DNA from: Acidimicrobiia bacterium
GTDB lineage: Bacteria; Actinomycetota; Acidimicrobiia; Spongiisociales; Spongiisociaceae
Direction: 5' to 3'
Length of the DNA stretch: 64,000 bases
Assembly (NCBI GenBank): GCA_041576165.1
Contig: JBFGLM010000025.1
Location: forward strand, 10,060 to 74,059
The position numbers were made by a program, and so were the translations under genes. The first letter of the stretch is position 1. The number at the start of each line of letters is the position of its first letter. Under the pieces are notes generated by a model that worked only from the letters and a program-made list of their open reading frames with translations, ran no database searches and was not told the DNA's origin. Of the stretch, positions 21,341 through 32,035 are shown one piece after another.

Positions 21341-22666
21341 ATGGCACCACGGACTTCTCCTCCCATAGCCCCCACGGCCCCACCACCACCCCGTCGCCGG
21401 TCCCGTACCGGGTGGCGGGTGTTGATCGGGCTACTGATCCTGGCCAACATCGTCGTTTTCGGCGCCTACTTCGGTTTGCGCTTCTTCACAGGCCGGTTCG
21501 CAGCCGAGGTGGGCACCATCACCGAGGTTGTGCCTGAGCTGAGCGCTCGCCCCGCGGCGGGAGCCGCTACCAACTATCTCGTCATCGGCAGCGACAGCCG
21601 CGATGTTCTGCCTGAGGATTTTGGCGAGTTTGGTGACTTCCCCGGCGAGCGAGCGGACGTGATCATGATCGCCCAGGTCCTGGACGGACGAGCCAGGATT
21701 CTCAGCCTGCCGCGCGACCTCAAAGTTGAGCTGGAAGGCCACGGTACCCAGAAGATCAATGCGGCCTATGCGTTCGGTGGAGCCCCGCTCATGGTCCGAA
21801 CAGTCCGGGACGTGACCGGCTTGGACATCCATCATTATGCCGAGATCGACTTCTTCGGGTTCGCCAGCCTGGTAGATGAGCTGGGCGGAGTCACGATCAA
21901 CTTCCCCAACGCGGCTCGGGACCTCAAATCGGGTCTCGACGTCCCGGCCGGCGATGTGGAACTCAGCGGCGACATGGCGCTTGCCTACGCCCGATCGCGC
22001 CAGTACGAGGAGCTGCGCAACGGCTCGTGGGTGGCAGTCGACGGATCGGACCTCGGTCGTATCCAACGCCAGCAGCGTCTCATCTTCGCGATGCTGTCCG
22101 CCGCCAAGCGGCCGAGCATCGTGTTCGATGCACCCGGGATCATCTCGACGCTGGGCGATCATATGAGCACCGATGCGACATTGGACGGCGCCACCCTGGC
22201 CGACCTGGCCCTAGACGCGAGGTCATTCGACGCTGCTTCGATTGACGCCATGACCTTGCCTACCCAGTTCCAGTCCATCGGCGGAGTTTCGTACCTCGTA
22301 CCCGACGAGCCGGCGGCCGGCGAGATGATCGCACTGTTCGCCCGCGAGGCGGTTCCCGAAGAGCCAGGTGAGAACGCGGCACTCGCCCCGACCGACATCC
22401 GGTTGCGGGTGCTGAACGGGAACGGGTCGGCGGGGCAAGCGACGACTTGGTCCGATCGGCTGGCCCAAGCGGGTTTCGAGATCGTCTCGGTCGGTGACGC
22501 CGGCGCTTTCACCCATCCGACCACGCTCGTTCAAGTTGCCGACGGCCAGACGGCCATTGGCCAAGTTGTCGTGTCCCAGCTGGGTTTTGGGTCGATTGAG
22601 GCGGCCGCAGTTCCCGACGGCGTCGACGCCGTGGTCGTTGTCGGAGAGGACGCCCTGAGCCGCTGA
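21341..22666 (+). CDS. LCP (LytR-CpsA-Psr) family protein with LytR_C domain
   Basis: NYLVIGSDSR, RADVIM, SLPRDL, KINAAY, DLGRIQRQQ, RVLNGNG. Confidence 0.93.
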   Translation: MAPRTSPPIAPTAPPPPRRRSRTGWRVLIGLLILANIVVFGAYFGLRFFTGRFAAEVGTITEVVPELSARPAAGAATNYLVIGSDSRDVLPEDFGEFGDFPGERADVIMIAQVLDGRARILSLPRDLKVELEGHGTQKINAAYAFGGAPLMVRTVRDVTGLDIHHYAEIDFFGFASLVDELGGVTINFPNAARDLKSGLDVPAGDVELSGDMALAYARSRQYEELRNGSWVAVDGSDLGRIQRQQRLIFAMLSAAKRPSIVFDAPGIISTLGDHMSTDATLDGATLADLALDARSFDAASIDAMTLPTQFQSIGGVSYLVPDEPAAGEMIALFAREAVPEEPGENAALAPTDIRLRVLNGNGSAGQATTWSDRLAQAGFEIVSVGDAGAFTHPTTLVQVADGQTAIGQVVVSQLGFGSIEAAAVPDGVDAVVVVGEDALSR

Positions 22667-22730
22667 GGCCCTTTCAGTACGGACGGGCGTATCGGTACGA
22701 TGGCTCGGCTAGGTATACCTGGAGGATCCA

Positions 22731-24002
22731 ATGCAGACGGCGGTCATCGGCGCGGGTTATGTTGGGCTCGTCCAGGCTGCCGGCTTGGCCGCGCTCGGGC
22801 ACCGCGTACGCGTGGGCGAACGCGACCGGACGCGAATCGACACGCTGCGTGCCGGCGAGGTTCCCATCTTCGAACCCGATCTCGACCGCCTCGTGTCTGA
22901 AGGGTTGGCCAACGGCCTATTGACGTTCCACCAGTCGAATGTCGAGGCAGTGGCCGAGGCCGAGATCGTCTTCGTCGCCCTGCCGACGCCACCGGCCGCC
23001 GACGGTTCGGCCGATACCTCGATCATCGAGGAGGTCGTAACCGAGGTGGGACCGCATCTGGTTTCCGGCGCCCTGTTCGTGATGAAGTCGACCGTTCCGG
23101 TCGGGTCGGCCGAACGCTTCCAGTCCCTGCTCGAGGCGGCCGGGGCCGATGCCACCGTCTTGAGCAACCCCGAGTTCCTCCGGGAGGGAAGCGCGGTCGC
23201 CGATTTCTTTCATCCCGATCGGGTCGTGATTGGCACCCGGGACAAGGCGGCAGCCTTGAAGATGATCGACTTGTACCTCAAACTGGACGCACCGGTGGTT
23301 GTCACCGACCCGATCAGTTCGGAGATGATCAAGTACGGGGCGAACGCCTATCTCGCGGCCCGGGTCACGTTCGCCAACGCGATGGCCAACCTGTGTGAGG
23401 CGGTTGGGGCGGACGCCAAAGATGTACTTCACGGAATGGGCTACGACCGGCGCATCGGATTTCATTTCTTCAACCCGGGGCCGGGATATGGCGGGTCTTG
23501 TTTTCCCAAGGACACGCGCGCCCTGGTGTCGATTGCGGAGGAAGCCGGGTATGACTTTGCCCTGCTCAAAGGCGTCATCAACGTCAACGGGGAGCAGCTG
23601 GCGCGGATCATCCACAAAGTAGAGCGAGCCGCCGGGGGTAGCGTCGCCGGCAAGACGGTGGGCCTCTGGGGCCTCGCCTTCAAAGCTGATACGGACGACA
23701 TCCGTGAATCTCCCGCTGTCGCGCTGGCGAGCCGGCTGGCAACAAGAGGCGCCACCGTGCAGGCATACGACCCGAGAGTGCGAGCCGAGTTCGACGAGAT
23801 CAGCCGTGCGGCCGACGCCTTGGCAGCGGCTAAGGGCGCCGATGTCCTGCTCATCGCCACGGAATGGAACGAATTCAAGACGGTTGATCTTCGCGCAGTC
23901 CGGGATTCGATGGCGGGCAACAGCATCGTCGATGCGCGCAACATTCTCGATCCGGAAGCGGTGCGGCGCTTGGGTCTGGATTACCAGGGTGTGGGACGTT
24001 GA
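22731..24002 (+). CDS. ugd: UDP-glucose/GDP-mannose 6-dehydrogenase
   Basis: GAGYVG, KSTVPVG, SNPEFLREG, GGSCFPKD. Confidence 0.95.
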   Translation: MQTAVIGAGYVGLVQAAGLAALGHRVRVGERDRTRIDTLRAGEVPIFEPDLDRLVSEGLANGLLTFHQSNVEAVAEAEIVFVALPTPPAADGSADTSIIEEVVTEVGPHLVSGALFVMKSTVPVGSAERFQSLLEAAGADATVLSNPEFLREGSAVADFFHPDRVVIGTRDKAAALKMIDLYLKLDAPVVVTDPISSEMIKYGANAYLAARVTFANAMANLCEAVGADAKDVLHGMGYDRRIGFHFFNPGPGYGGSCFPKDTRALVSIAEEAGYDFALLKGVINVNGEQLARIIHKVERAAGGSVAGKTVGLWGLAFKADTDDIRESPAVALASRLATRGATVQAYDPRVRAEFDEISRAADALAAAKGADVLLIATEWNEFKTVDLRAVRDSMAGNSIVDARNILDPEAVRRLGLDYQGVGR

Positions 24003-24051
24003 GCCCGGGACATCGCTACAGCGGAGGCAACGGGCGTCCGATGGACGTGGG

Positions 24052-24780
24052 ATGGCACAGCAGAACGGGGCAAGGTACAAACACCTCTCGGTGATCGTGC
24101 CGGCCTACAACGAAGCGTCGACGATCGAGGCGTCGCTTCGTCGGGCGCTCGAGGCCGACCTCCCGATCGAGCGTGAGGTCATCGTGGTCGACGATGGCTC
24201 AACCGACGGGACGGCTGAGATAGTGGCCGCCATCGACGATCCGCAGGTGCGCCTCATCCGCCAGTCGGGGAACCGAGGAAAGGGCGCGGCGGTGCGGCGT
24301 GGTTTCAAAGAAGCGACCGGCGATCTGATCGTGATCCACGACGCCGATCTGGAATACGACCCGCGCGATTGGGCACGGATGCTGCGGCCGCTCCAGGAGG
24401 GTGCAGCCGATGTGGTGTACGGATCCCGCTTCACCGGCGAGCGCCGCAACATGTTGTTCTGGCACTGGGTCGGGAACCGGTTCCTGAGCCTCGTAACCAA
24501 CGTGCTCTACAACACGACCATCTCCGACATGGAGACCTGCTACAAGATGGTTGACGCCCAGAGGCTGAAGCAACTGAAGCTGACGGCAAATCGTTTTGAC
24601 ATCGAACCGGAGATAACTGCCAAACTGCTCCGGACTGGATCCCGGATCTACGAAGTGCCGATCCGCTACGCAGGGAGAGAAATGCACGAGGGAAAGAAGA
24701 TCTCGTGGCGTGACGGCATCCCGGCGCTTGCGACGCTGCTCCGAATCCGTCTCGCGCCCGGGAGCAGCATTCGTCGATGA
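24052..24780 (+). CDS. Glycosyltransferase family 2 (DPM1-like)
   Basis: VPAYNE, VDDGSTDGT, HDADLEYDP. Confidence 0.92.
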   Translation: MAQQNGARYKHLSVIVPAYNEASTIEASLRRALEADLPIEREVIVVDDGSTDGTAEIVAAIDDPQVRLIRQSGNRGKGAAVRRGFKEATGDLIVIHDADLEYDPRDWARMLRPLQEGAADVVYGSRFTGERRNMLFWHWVGNRFLSLVTNVLYNTTISDMETCYKMVDAQRLKQLKLTANRFDIEPEITAKLLRTGSRIYEVPIRYAGREMHEGKKISWRDGIPALATLLRIRLAPGSSIRR

Positions 24781-25712
24781 GGGCGATTGTCACGGGCGGG
24801 GCAGGGTTCATCGGCTCCCACCTGGTGGACCGATTGGTCGACGAGGGTTGGGAGGTGCTGGCTATCGACGACCTGTTGAAGGGCGACTTTTCTCGCTTGG
24901 CCGAGGCCCGGGCGCGGGGAACCGTCAAGTTTCATCAACTGGACATCCGATCCAGCGACCTAATCCAGGCTGTGGAGAAGTACCGACCGGACACGATCTT
25001 TCATCTGGCTGCTCAGGCTTCGGTCAGTGCGTCGGTGGCAGATCCGGTGTATGACGCCGACGTGAACGTGCTCGGCACGCTGCGGGTGTTGGAGGCAGCG
25101 CGGGCGGCGGCATGTGACCGGATCGTCTTCACGTCGACCGGTGGTGCCGTCTACGGCAGCAACGTCAAGTTGCCGGCCAAAGAGACCTACGCCAAGAGGC
25201 CCGATTCGCCCTACGGCGTATCCAAGAAGGTCGTCGAAGACTATTTTCGGCTGTACAAGAGCCTGTATGGCATCGACTACGTGATCATCGGTCCCTCCAA
25301 CGTCTACGGCCCGCGTCAGGATCCGTACGGTGAAGCAGGCGTGGTTGCCATCTTTTCTCGGGCGATGCTCGACGGCAAGCGCCCAACGATTTTCGGTGAC
25401 GGTACCCAGACCCGTGATTACGTGTTCGTCGATGATGTCGTGGATGCCGTGTATCGAGCCGACCGGATCGGTGGCGGGATGTTTCTGAACGTTGGCACCG
25501 GCCTCGAGACAAGCGTCAACGACCTATATCGCGACATCGCCGAGGCCGTCGGTTTTGACGGGCCACCCGTCTACGAAGCTCCCCGACCGGGGGACGTGAT
25601 GCGCTCGGTGCTGGATACTTCGGCGGCCCGAAAAACCCTCGACTGGGAACCGTTCACGCCCCTGGCCGAGGGTGTGCGCTTGACCGTGGATTGGTTCCGC
25701 AAGAACGGCTGA
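24777..25712 (+). CDS. NAD-dependent epimerase/dehydratase (UDP-glucose 4-epimerase-like)
   Basis: TGGAGFIG, YGVSK, NVYGPRQ. Confidence 0.93.
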   Translation: MRAIVTGGAGFIGSHLVDRLVDEGWEVLAIDDLLKGDFSRLAEARARGTVKFHQLDIRSSDLIQAVEKYRPDTIFHLAAQASVSASVADPVYDADVNVLGTLRVLEAARAAACDRIVFTSTGGAVYGSNVKLPAKETYAKRPDSPYGVSKKVVEDYFRLYKSLYGIDYVIIGPSNVYGPRQDPYGEAGVVAIFSRAMLDGKRPTIFGDGTQTRDYVFVDDVVDAVYRADRIGGGMFLNVGTGLETSVNDLYRDIAEAVGFDGPPVYEAPRPGDVMRSVLDTSAARKTLDWEPFTPLAEGVRLTVDWFRKNG

Positions 25713-25717
25713 GCGCT

Positions 25718-26425
25718 TCAGCGGAAGAGGTCCTCGCCCGGTGCTCGTACCAGATCGCGCCCCAGGCCTCCGGTCGCCGGGTCATAGGCGACCCCCCGTA
25801 CGACCGCCGCCGGTATCCCATTGGCCTTGCCCATCACCAGATCCGCCGCGCCGGCTACTTCATCGGCGAGCGCCACCTGGGTCACCGCCAGGATGTTGCC
25901 GTGGGTGTCGGCTGTACCTCGGTGATCGACGATGGCCGGCAGCCCCGAAACGCCGATGGCTACATCGGTGAGCCCGGTGCGCCACGCCCGGCCGAACGTA
26001 TCGGAGATCACAACCGCAATGGACACGCCGGACTCCCGTTGGAGCCGCAGGCGAACGCGATGCGCCGAGCCATCTGGGTCACGAGGCAGGAGCACGGCAT
26101 GGCCGGGCGCCACGTTCGAGCGGTCGACGCCGGCATTGGCACAAACGAAGCCGTGGTGCGTCTCTGCGATGACGAGCCAATCCCGCCGGCGCAAGATCGC
26201 CACCGCCTCTTGCTCGATGAGCGCCCGGTGGCCGTCGGGCCCCGGGTCGTCCAGCTTCACGACCATTCCCTCGGCCTTTGACACGAGCTTGTGGGTGATG
26301 ACGATGACGTCGCCTCGGGCCAGCCGGATCCCGCTGTGGTCCAGGCCATCGAGCAGTAGATCGGCGACGTCATCGCCCGCCGCTGCCTCTGGAATGCCCG
26401 CGATCGGGTGAATCTCGATCGTCAC
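25718..26425 (-). CDS. cofE: Coenzyme F420-0:L-glutamate ligase
   Basis: KLVSKAEG, ANAGVDRSN, SDTFGRAWR; GTGA overlap with cofD. Confidence 0.93.
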   Translation of the reverse strand: MTIEIHPIAGIPEAAAGDDVADLLLDGLDHSGIRLARGDVIVITHKLVSKAEGMVVKLDDPGPDGHRALIEQEAVAILRRRDWLVIAETHHGFVCANAGVDRSNVAPGHAVLLPRDPDGSAHRVRLRLQRESGVSIAVVISDTFGRAWRTGLTDVAIGVSGLPAIVDHRGTADTHGNILAVTQVALADEVAGAADLVMGKANGIPAAVVRGVAYDPATGGLGRDLVRAPGEDLFR

Positions 26426-27345
26426 AACAGATCGAGCATCCACTGGGCAAAGGCTTCCGCGTCTTCGGGGGCGGCGACGCGGGTCGACGCAACGTGGACG
26501 TAAACGCCCGCTTCGGTCAACTCGGGCCGCTCGTGGCCGTCGAGGGTGTCGATGATCAGGTCGTCGAGCAGGCCCTCGTACGCGGCAACAATCGCCCGAT
26601 TACCCAGCGGGAAGCCGAGGCTGCGCAGAACTCGGTCCGCCGGCCCTTTGAGTGCTCGCCCTCCGAAGAGCGGACTGACCGCCAGCACGCGCTTGGCCTG
26701 CGCTACGGCCGAGGCCACTTCCGGTATGGAGAGAATTGGCCACACCGACAGGGGCGGGTTGGATGGGGCGATCACCACGGCCTCCGCCCGGCGGATTGCG
26801 TCGATGACCCCGGGGCCCGGGCGCGCCGCCCGGGCCCCGTGAAAACGCACGTCGACGACCTCGTCGCGGTGCTGTCGTAGGACGAAGTATTCCTGGAAGG
26901 ACAGCCACGTACCATCCTCGACTTGTACCCTGGTGCGTATCTCATCGTCGGACACCGGGAGCACGGCCGACTCCACCCCCAGCAGCCCGGCGAGTTCGGT
27001 GGTTATCGCTGAGAGCGGCAGACCGGCCTCGAGGCGGGCCGTGCGATACAGGTTCAAAGCCAGGTCGGCGTCGCCGATGGTGAACGTGGTGTCCTCGCCC
27101 AGGGCCCGCAGATGTTCCATTACCACCTGGGAGTCGCCCCGGCGCCCCCAACCCTCCATTCCTTCGATCCCGGCCAGCGTGTAGAGGACGGTGTCCACAT
27201 CGGGACTGACGTACAGGCCGTAGAAGCGGTCGTCGTCACCGATGTTGACGATCACAGACAGATCAACTCCCGACACCCGGTCAAACCCGCGGGCCAGACG
27301 AGCTCCTCCGACACCTCCTGAAAGTACCGTGATCTGTGTCGCCAT
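26422..27345 (-). CDS. cofD: 2-phospho-L-lactate transferase
   Basis: LSGGVGGAR, SPDVDTVLYTL, FQEYFV, APSNP, ALKGPA. Confidence 0.93.
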   Translation of the reverse strand: MATQITVLSGGVGGARLARGFDRVSGVDLSVIVNIGDDDRFYGLYVSPDVDTVLYTLAGIEGMEGWGRRGDSQVVMEHLRALGEDTTFTIGDADLALNLYRTARLEAGLPLSAITTELAGLLGVESAVLPVSDDEIRTRVQVEDGTWLSFQEYFVLRQHRDEVVDVRFHGARAARPGPGVIDAIRRAEAVVIAPSNPPLSVWPILSIPEVASAVAQAKRVLAVSPLFGGRALKGPADRVLRSLGFPLGNRAIVAAYEGLLDDLIIDTLDGHERPELTEAGVYVHVASTRVAAPEDAEAFAQWMLDLL

Positions 27346-27459
27346 GTCTGCTCCTGATCGACGCGACACCCCGAGCCTGTCGGTGCGTCCAACTGTCTGC
27401 GCCGCACCCGTCCTCAGAGATTGCCTTGCTCTGTTTGTGCATCCACAATGGGGTCTCTC

Positions 27460-30255
27460 ATGGAAACCCCCGACACCGCGAACACTGTCGACGCGCCCGT
27501 CGCGTCTCCGTCGGTGGCCGCCGTCGTGATCGCCCGTCGTCCGGGTGATCTCAGCGACGTGCTCGGCGCTGTCGGTGCGCAAGTGTACGACCCTGTAGGG
27601 GTGTTCGTCGTGGGGAAGGATCCGATCGGTCTCGGCGAGAAACCGGTGCAGCGCGTCGGCACGATGAAAGAGATGGTGGAGCGCCTCCCGACCGGCGTGG
27701 ACTATCTGTGGGTTGTTGACCAGGATGCCCGACCTCGTCCTGATGCGCTGGCGGCTTTGGTGGCAGGCGCAGAGCAGGTTGACGCCTCGGTGGCAGGTTC
27801 CAAACTGCTCCGCTTCGAGTCGCCCGAGGAATTGGTTTCGGTGGGAGCCGCCACCGATGTGTTCGGTGTGCCCTACACCGGTCTGGACGCCGGCGAGGTC
27901 GATCAAGGGCAGTACGACGTCGTCCGCGACGTGGCCTTCGTCGAGCCCGCTTCGATGTTGATCCGGCGGGATCTCTTCGCCGGGCTCGGCGGCCTCGACA
28001 CGTTCATACCGTTCGAGTCGACCGGGATCGATCTGTGCCAGCGGGCCCGGATCAACGGTGCTCGGGTGGTGGTCGTCCCGTCATCGGAAACGCTACTGGT
28101 CGGCGCCTTCCCCGGACGGACCAAGACCTGGCGGGAGCAGGCAGGACGGATCCGCGCCATGCTCAAGTCCTACTCGTGGTTGACATTGGCGTGGGCCATT
28201 CCCGGCCTGTTGTTCATCGGTCTGGTCACCTCCTTTTACGACACTTTCCGGGGCCGGCGGCTGGCGCTGTGGGACTACATGCGTGCGTGGCTGTGGAATG
28301 GGCTCCATATCGGATCGACGCTGCAGGGTCGCGTCCGGGCCAGGAATTCCCGGCAGGCGGGGGACGAGGAGCTGTTTCGTTACCAGGTGCGGGGGAGTGT
28401 TGAGTTGCGGGCGCTGGCGGCGGGTTTGAGTGACCGCCTTGCCAACCCCGATGAGGACGCCGACATCTTCGAAACCGAGGTGCTGCGTCTACCCGCTTTT
28501 TGGCAGCAACCGTCCTTCCTGGCAGGTGCGGCCGTTGTCGTCTACCTGGTCCTCGTGACCCGGTCGATCTGGACTGACGGCTTGCCCGTGGCCGGTTTCT
28601 CCTTGCCGGTGCGCGATTCGGCCCTCGCCACTCTCTCCAACTATGCCGGTGGTTGGAACCCTGCTGAGCTGGGATCCCCCGCGCCCTTGCGGCCGGTGAT
28701 CGGAGCGACTGCGTTGCTGCAACTCGTGCTGCTGTCAAAGCCCGGGCTGACCATGACGGTCCTGACGGCCGGCTCCGTGTTGATGGGTATCACCGGAATG
28801 GCCCGCTTGCTGCGGCCGCTCGGGATCGGACCATACGCCCGGCAGCTGAGCGGCATAGTTCTCATGACTGGCCCTGCCACTGCGTACCTCGCCGACAGCG
28901 GGGCGTGGGCGGCGGTCGTGGCCACTGGCTTCACTCCATGGGTATTGGCGCTGGCGCTGGGCCACCAGCCGGCGGGATGGAGGCGGATCGGAACCCTCGC
29001 TCGAGTAGCTCTGGCTTCGGCGGTGGTCGGCGCGATGGCACCTCTCGCCCTGGGCGTGCCGATCGTCGCGCTGCTGATCGCAGGGCTCACACTCGGATTG
29101 TGGAGTCGGGCCTTCCTGGGAATGGTGGCGGCCGGAGCCGGTGCCCTGGCATTGATTCCGTGGTTGGCTGCACAGACTCCGACAGGACTGCTCACCAGCG
29201 GCGAACCCATCTATTACGAGCCGCGCTGGTGGGTGGCTGCCTGGTTGGCGCTCACGGTGATCGCAGCGGTTGCGCTGGCCAAATCTGAGCTCGGACGCAT
29301 TGCAGCCTGGGGCGCTGTGCTGAGCGCCGGCGGCCTGTTCGTGACCCGGTCGGCCCGGCTCGGCATCGGCCGTGATGCCGGACTTGCCGGTTTCGTACTG
29401 GCCTCGCTGGGCCTGGCCATCGTTACGGCTGCGGTGTTGAGCCTCAACCCAGGCGAGGAGGGCGTGGGAATCAGCGCACGCCTGCTGCGACGCGCCGGCG
29501 TCGTCCTCGGCATTGGCATGGTGCTGCTGGCCTTGCTGCCTGTTGTCAACGGACGCGTCGGGTTGCCGCCTGACCGGCTCTCCGAAGCCGTGGCCTTCGC
29601 GGAGACCCGGGCTCTTCCCCACGGCCCCGATCGCATCTTGCTGGTTGGTCCGGCGGAGACTCTGCCGGGGGAGGTCCGCCGCCTCGCGGATGGAACTGCG
29701 TATCGGTTGGTCGGCGGTCCGCGGCCGCACCTCGATGAGGCCTGGCCCGGAGAGCCCCGGCTGGGAGATCGAGCATTCGCAGACCTGTTGGAGCTGATAG
29801 CAGAGGGTGGCGAACTGCGACCCGGCGAGCAGCTTGCGTTGTTTGGCGTACGGTGGGTCGTCTTCACCGGACCAACCGTGATCGAGCAGCGGCTCGTTTC
29901 TCAGCTGGACCTGCGGCCGCTTCCCGATCTGGTCTACCCAGTGTACGAGAACGATGTGCCGAGCCCGCGGGCGGTCACCGACACGGGGGTGGCGTGGAAG
30001 TGGATGCCGCCCGACTACACGGGTCGGGCAGTGGGCAGCACGGTGCGGATCACAGAGAATGCCGACATCCGCTGGGGTCCCGGCGAGTGGGCGCAGGACG
30101 AGTGGGCCAATGTCGTGGCTGTCGCCGACGGGACCGCCTCGTTCAACCACGTGGCCGTGCATCGAGCGATGGCGCTGGGGGCCGGCCTGTTTGTCTTGGT
30201 TCTGATCGGCCTGTCCCTGGCCGGGATCTCCCCGGCGCCGAGGCCCGAAGAATGA
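27460..30255 (+). CDS. Large GT2-domain multi-pass membrane protein
   Basis: N-terminal GT2-like region (DQGQYD, DLCQRAR) followed by many TMs; syntenic with DUF5719. Confidence 0.8.
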   Translation: METPDTANTVDAPVASPSVAAVVIARRPGDLSDVLGAVGAQVYDPVGVFVVGKDPIGLGEKPVQRVGTMKEMVERLPTGVDYLWVVDQDARPRPDALAALVAGAEQVDASVAGSKLLRFESPEELVSVGAATDVFGVPYTGLDAGEVDQGQYDVVRDVAFVEPASMLIRRDLFAGLGGLDTFIPFESTGIDLCQRARINGARVVVVPSSETLLVGAFPGRTKTWREQAGRIRAMLKSYSWLTLAWAIPGLLFIGLVTSFYDTFRGRRLALWDYMRAWLWNGLHIGSTLQGRVRARNSRQAGDEELFRYQVRGSVELRALAAGLSDRLANPDEDADIFETEVLRLPAFWQQPSFLAGAAVVVYLVLVTRSIWTDGLPVAGFSLPVRDSALATLSNYAGGWNPAELGSPAPLRPVIGATALLQLVLLSKPGLTMTVLTAGSVLMGITGMARLLRPLGIGPYARQLSGIVLMTGPATAYLADSGAWAAVVATGFTPWVLALALGHQPAGWRRIGTLARVALASAVVGAMAPLALGVPIVALLIAGLTLGLWSRAFLGMVAAGAGALALIPWLAAQTPTGLLTSGEPIYYEPRWWVAAWLALTVIAAVALAKSELGRIAAWGAVLSAGGLFVTRSARLGIGRDAGLAGFVLASLGLAIVTAAVLSLNPGEEGVGISARLLRRAGVVLGIGMVLLALLPVVNGRVGLPPDRLSEAVAFAETRALPHGPDRILLVGPAETLPGEVRRLADGTAYRLVGGPRPHLDEAWPGEPRLGDRAFADLLELIAEGGELRPGEQLALFGVRWVVFTGPTVIEQRLVSQLDLRPLPDLVYPVYENDVPSPRAVTDTGVAWKWMPPDYTGRAVGSTVRITENADIRWGPGEWAQDEWANVVAVADGTASFNHVAVHRAMALGAGLFVLVLIGLSLAGISPAPRPEE

Positions 30256-31580
30256 CCCGTATTCTGGCGCTCGGGTTGGCGGCATTGCTCCTCGCCGGGG
30301 CGTGGGTGCTGGAAGCTCCGGTTGCGCTGGACCCCGACGTTGCGGTCGTGACCACCATCGAAGAAGAGGACGAGGCCTCGACCTCGCGATTCTCCCACTG
30401 TGCCTGGGCCTACGCGGATGGTGACATCGACACCGTAATCGCCTTGGCATCTGTCGCCGAAGCTGAGTACCGCCTCGCGTTCCCGGCCGCCGGGGAGCTC
30501 GAACCACTCGACCCTGAGATCCTGCCGCCCATGGCATCGATCGGCATCCCTTTGTCTTCAATGCGGGTGCAGGGAGATGCGCCCACCATCGTCGAGTTCA
30601 GTGACGGGCCGGCGGCCGCGGCCGTTGCCGGACGGGGTGACACCGAGCTGTCAGCGTCTGTGTGCCCGGGCTCGCTTCCCAAAGTCTGGTCGGTACCAGG
30701 CGCCACCACCGACAACGAAGTCCGATTCGTGCTGCGGCTGTTGAACCCCTTCGCAGACGATGCCCGGGTCGCCATCAAAGCGACTTCCGAGTTGGGTTCA
30801 GAAGCGTTGCCCGATTTCGACAGCGTGTCGATCCCGCCACGCGCCATGCGGACGATTCTGGTGCACGAAGAGATTCCCGGACGAGCCAGTGTTGCGGTAT
30901 CCATCGAGCAGGCCGAAGGATCGGTCATCCCGATGGCCGAGATCGGTACCGATTCCGATATCGCGGTGTGGCCGGCGGTGAGACAAAGCGAGACCTGGGA
31001 ACTCCCGGTAACCGCCATCGACGGCGTCGCCGGCGAGCTGATGCTCCACAACGACGCCCTGATCGAAATCAACTACTCAATCGACGTGTTCGGGGAGGAC
31101 GGTTCGGTCGAAACCGGTCCGAGTGGAACGGTGCCCGGGCCGGGAATCGTGTCCATACCCCTGGCCGACTTGGTAACCGGCGGCCCAACCGGGATTCGAG
31201 TTTCGGCGGATGGACCTATCGCAGCTGCTGTGTCCGTCACCAGTGAGAGCGGACTGGCAGTCGCGACGGGACTACCGACCGCATCGACCCGTTGGTTGGT
31301 CCCCGGTCCGAACTCGGAGCCTTCCGCGCAGTACAGCCTGTGGATCCTCAACTCAGGTGTCGAGGACGTGAACGTCGACGTTCGATTCTTGGACACCGTC
31401 GGGGATGCGCAGCCGGCAGAGCCGATAGTGCTCGCAGCCACCTCGCTGCTATCGATCGCAGCCAACGAGCTGGGTAGCACCGGGATTCTGATCGAGGCGT
31501 CCGGACCGGTCTCGGTTGCCTACACCGCCACTGTGGCCGGCGCTGTTGCCATCGGCGAGGCGGTGCCAGTGGGTGAGTGA
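30252..31580 (+). CDS. DUF5719-like secreted protein
   Basis: Signal peptide, WxxPGATT..LxLLNPF repeats, synteny. Confidence 0.7.
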   Translation: MTRILALGLAALLLAGAWVLEAPVALDPDVAVVTTIEEEDEASTSRFSHCAWAYADGDIDTVIALASVAEAEYRLAFPAAGELEPLDPEILPPMASIGIPLSSMRVQGDAPTIVEFSDGPAAAAVAGRGDTELSASVCPGSLPKVWSVPGATTDNEVRFVLRLLNPFADDARVAIKATSELGSEALPDFDSVSIPPRAMRTILVHEEIPGRASVAVSIEQAEGSVIPMAEIGTDSDIAVWPAVRQSETWELPVTAIDGVAGELMLHNDALIEINYSIDVFGEDGSVETGPSGTVPGPGIVSIPLADLVTGGPTGIRVSADGPIAAAVSVTSESGLAVATGLPTASTRWLVPGPNSEPSAQYSLWILNSGVEDVNVDVRFLDTVGDAQPAEPIVLAATSLLSIAANELGSTGILIEASGPVSVAYTATVAGAVAIGEAVPVGE

Positions 31581-31962
31581 GCTGGCGGTCAGGCTCATTG
31601 TCGTGGGTGCCGTCGCAGTTGTGCTCGCGTTGCTGATCGTGATGGCCTTGCGCGGAGGCAGAAGTCGATCGCCGGCTTCGGTGACCCTGAGTGGCCTTGG
31701 TCTCGGGCCGGGATTCGTGCTCTTCACCTCTGCCACCTGCCCGAGTTGTGCCGACGCTCGCGATGTGGCCGATCGCGTGCTCGGGCCCGGGCGCTACGTG
31801 GAGCGGGCCTGGGAGGACGATCCGGACGCACTCACGGCGGCCGGGATCGATGAGGTCCCACTCGTGGTGGTAATGGGCCGTCGCGGGCGGGTGCGATCGG
31901 TCTTGCGCGGGGTGCCGGACCCGTTCCGGCTGCGGGTCGAGCGCATCCGTTCACGATTCTGA
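31573..31962 (+). CDS. Membrane-anchored thioredoxin-like protein
   Basis: N-terminal TM, FTSATCPSC, EVP cis-Pro motif. Confidence 0.7.
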   Translation: MSELAVRLIVVGAVAVVLALLIVMALRGGRSRSPASVTLSGLGLGPGFVLFTSATCPSCADARDVADRVLGPGRYVERAWEDDPDALTAAGIDEVPLVVVMGRRGRVRSVLRGVPDPFRLRVERIRSRF

Positions 31963-32035
31963 ATGTCGCCAGGCCGGCAGCCCACTTGGGTCGAAATCCT
32001 TGGTGCCGGCTGTTGACCTGAATAGATTCCGGGTC

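Noticed and set aside
28735-30561. Long antisense ORFs (also 3822-5000, 6184-7332, 46086-47267 and others)
   Set aside because: Shadow ORFs of high-GC genes with no recognisable motifs.
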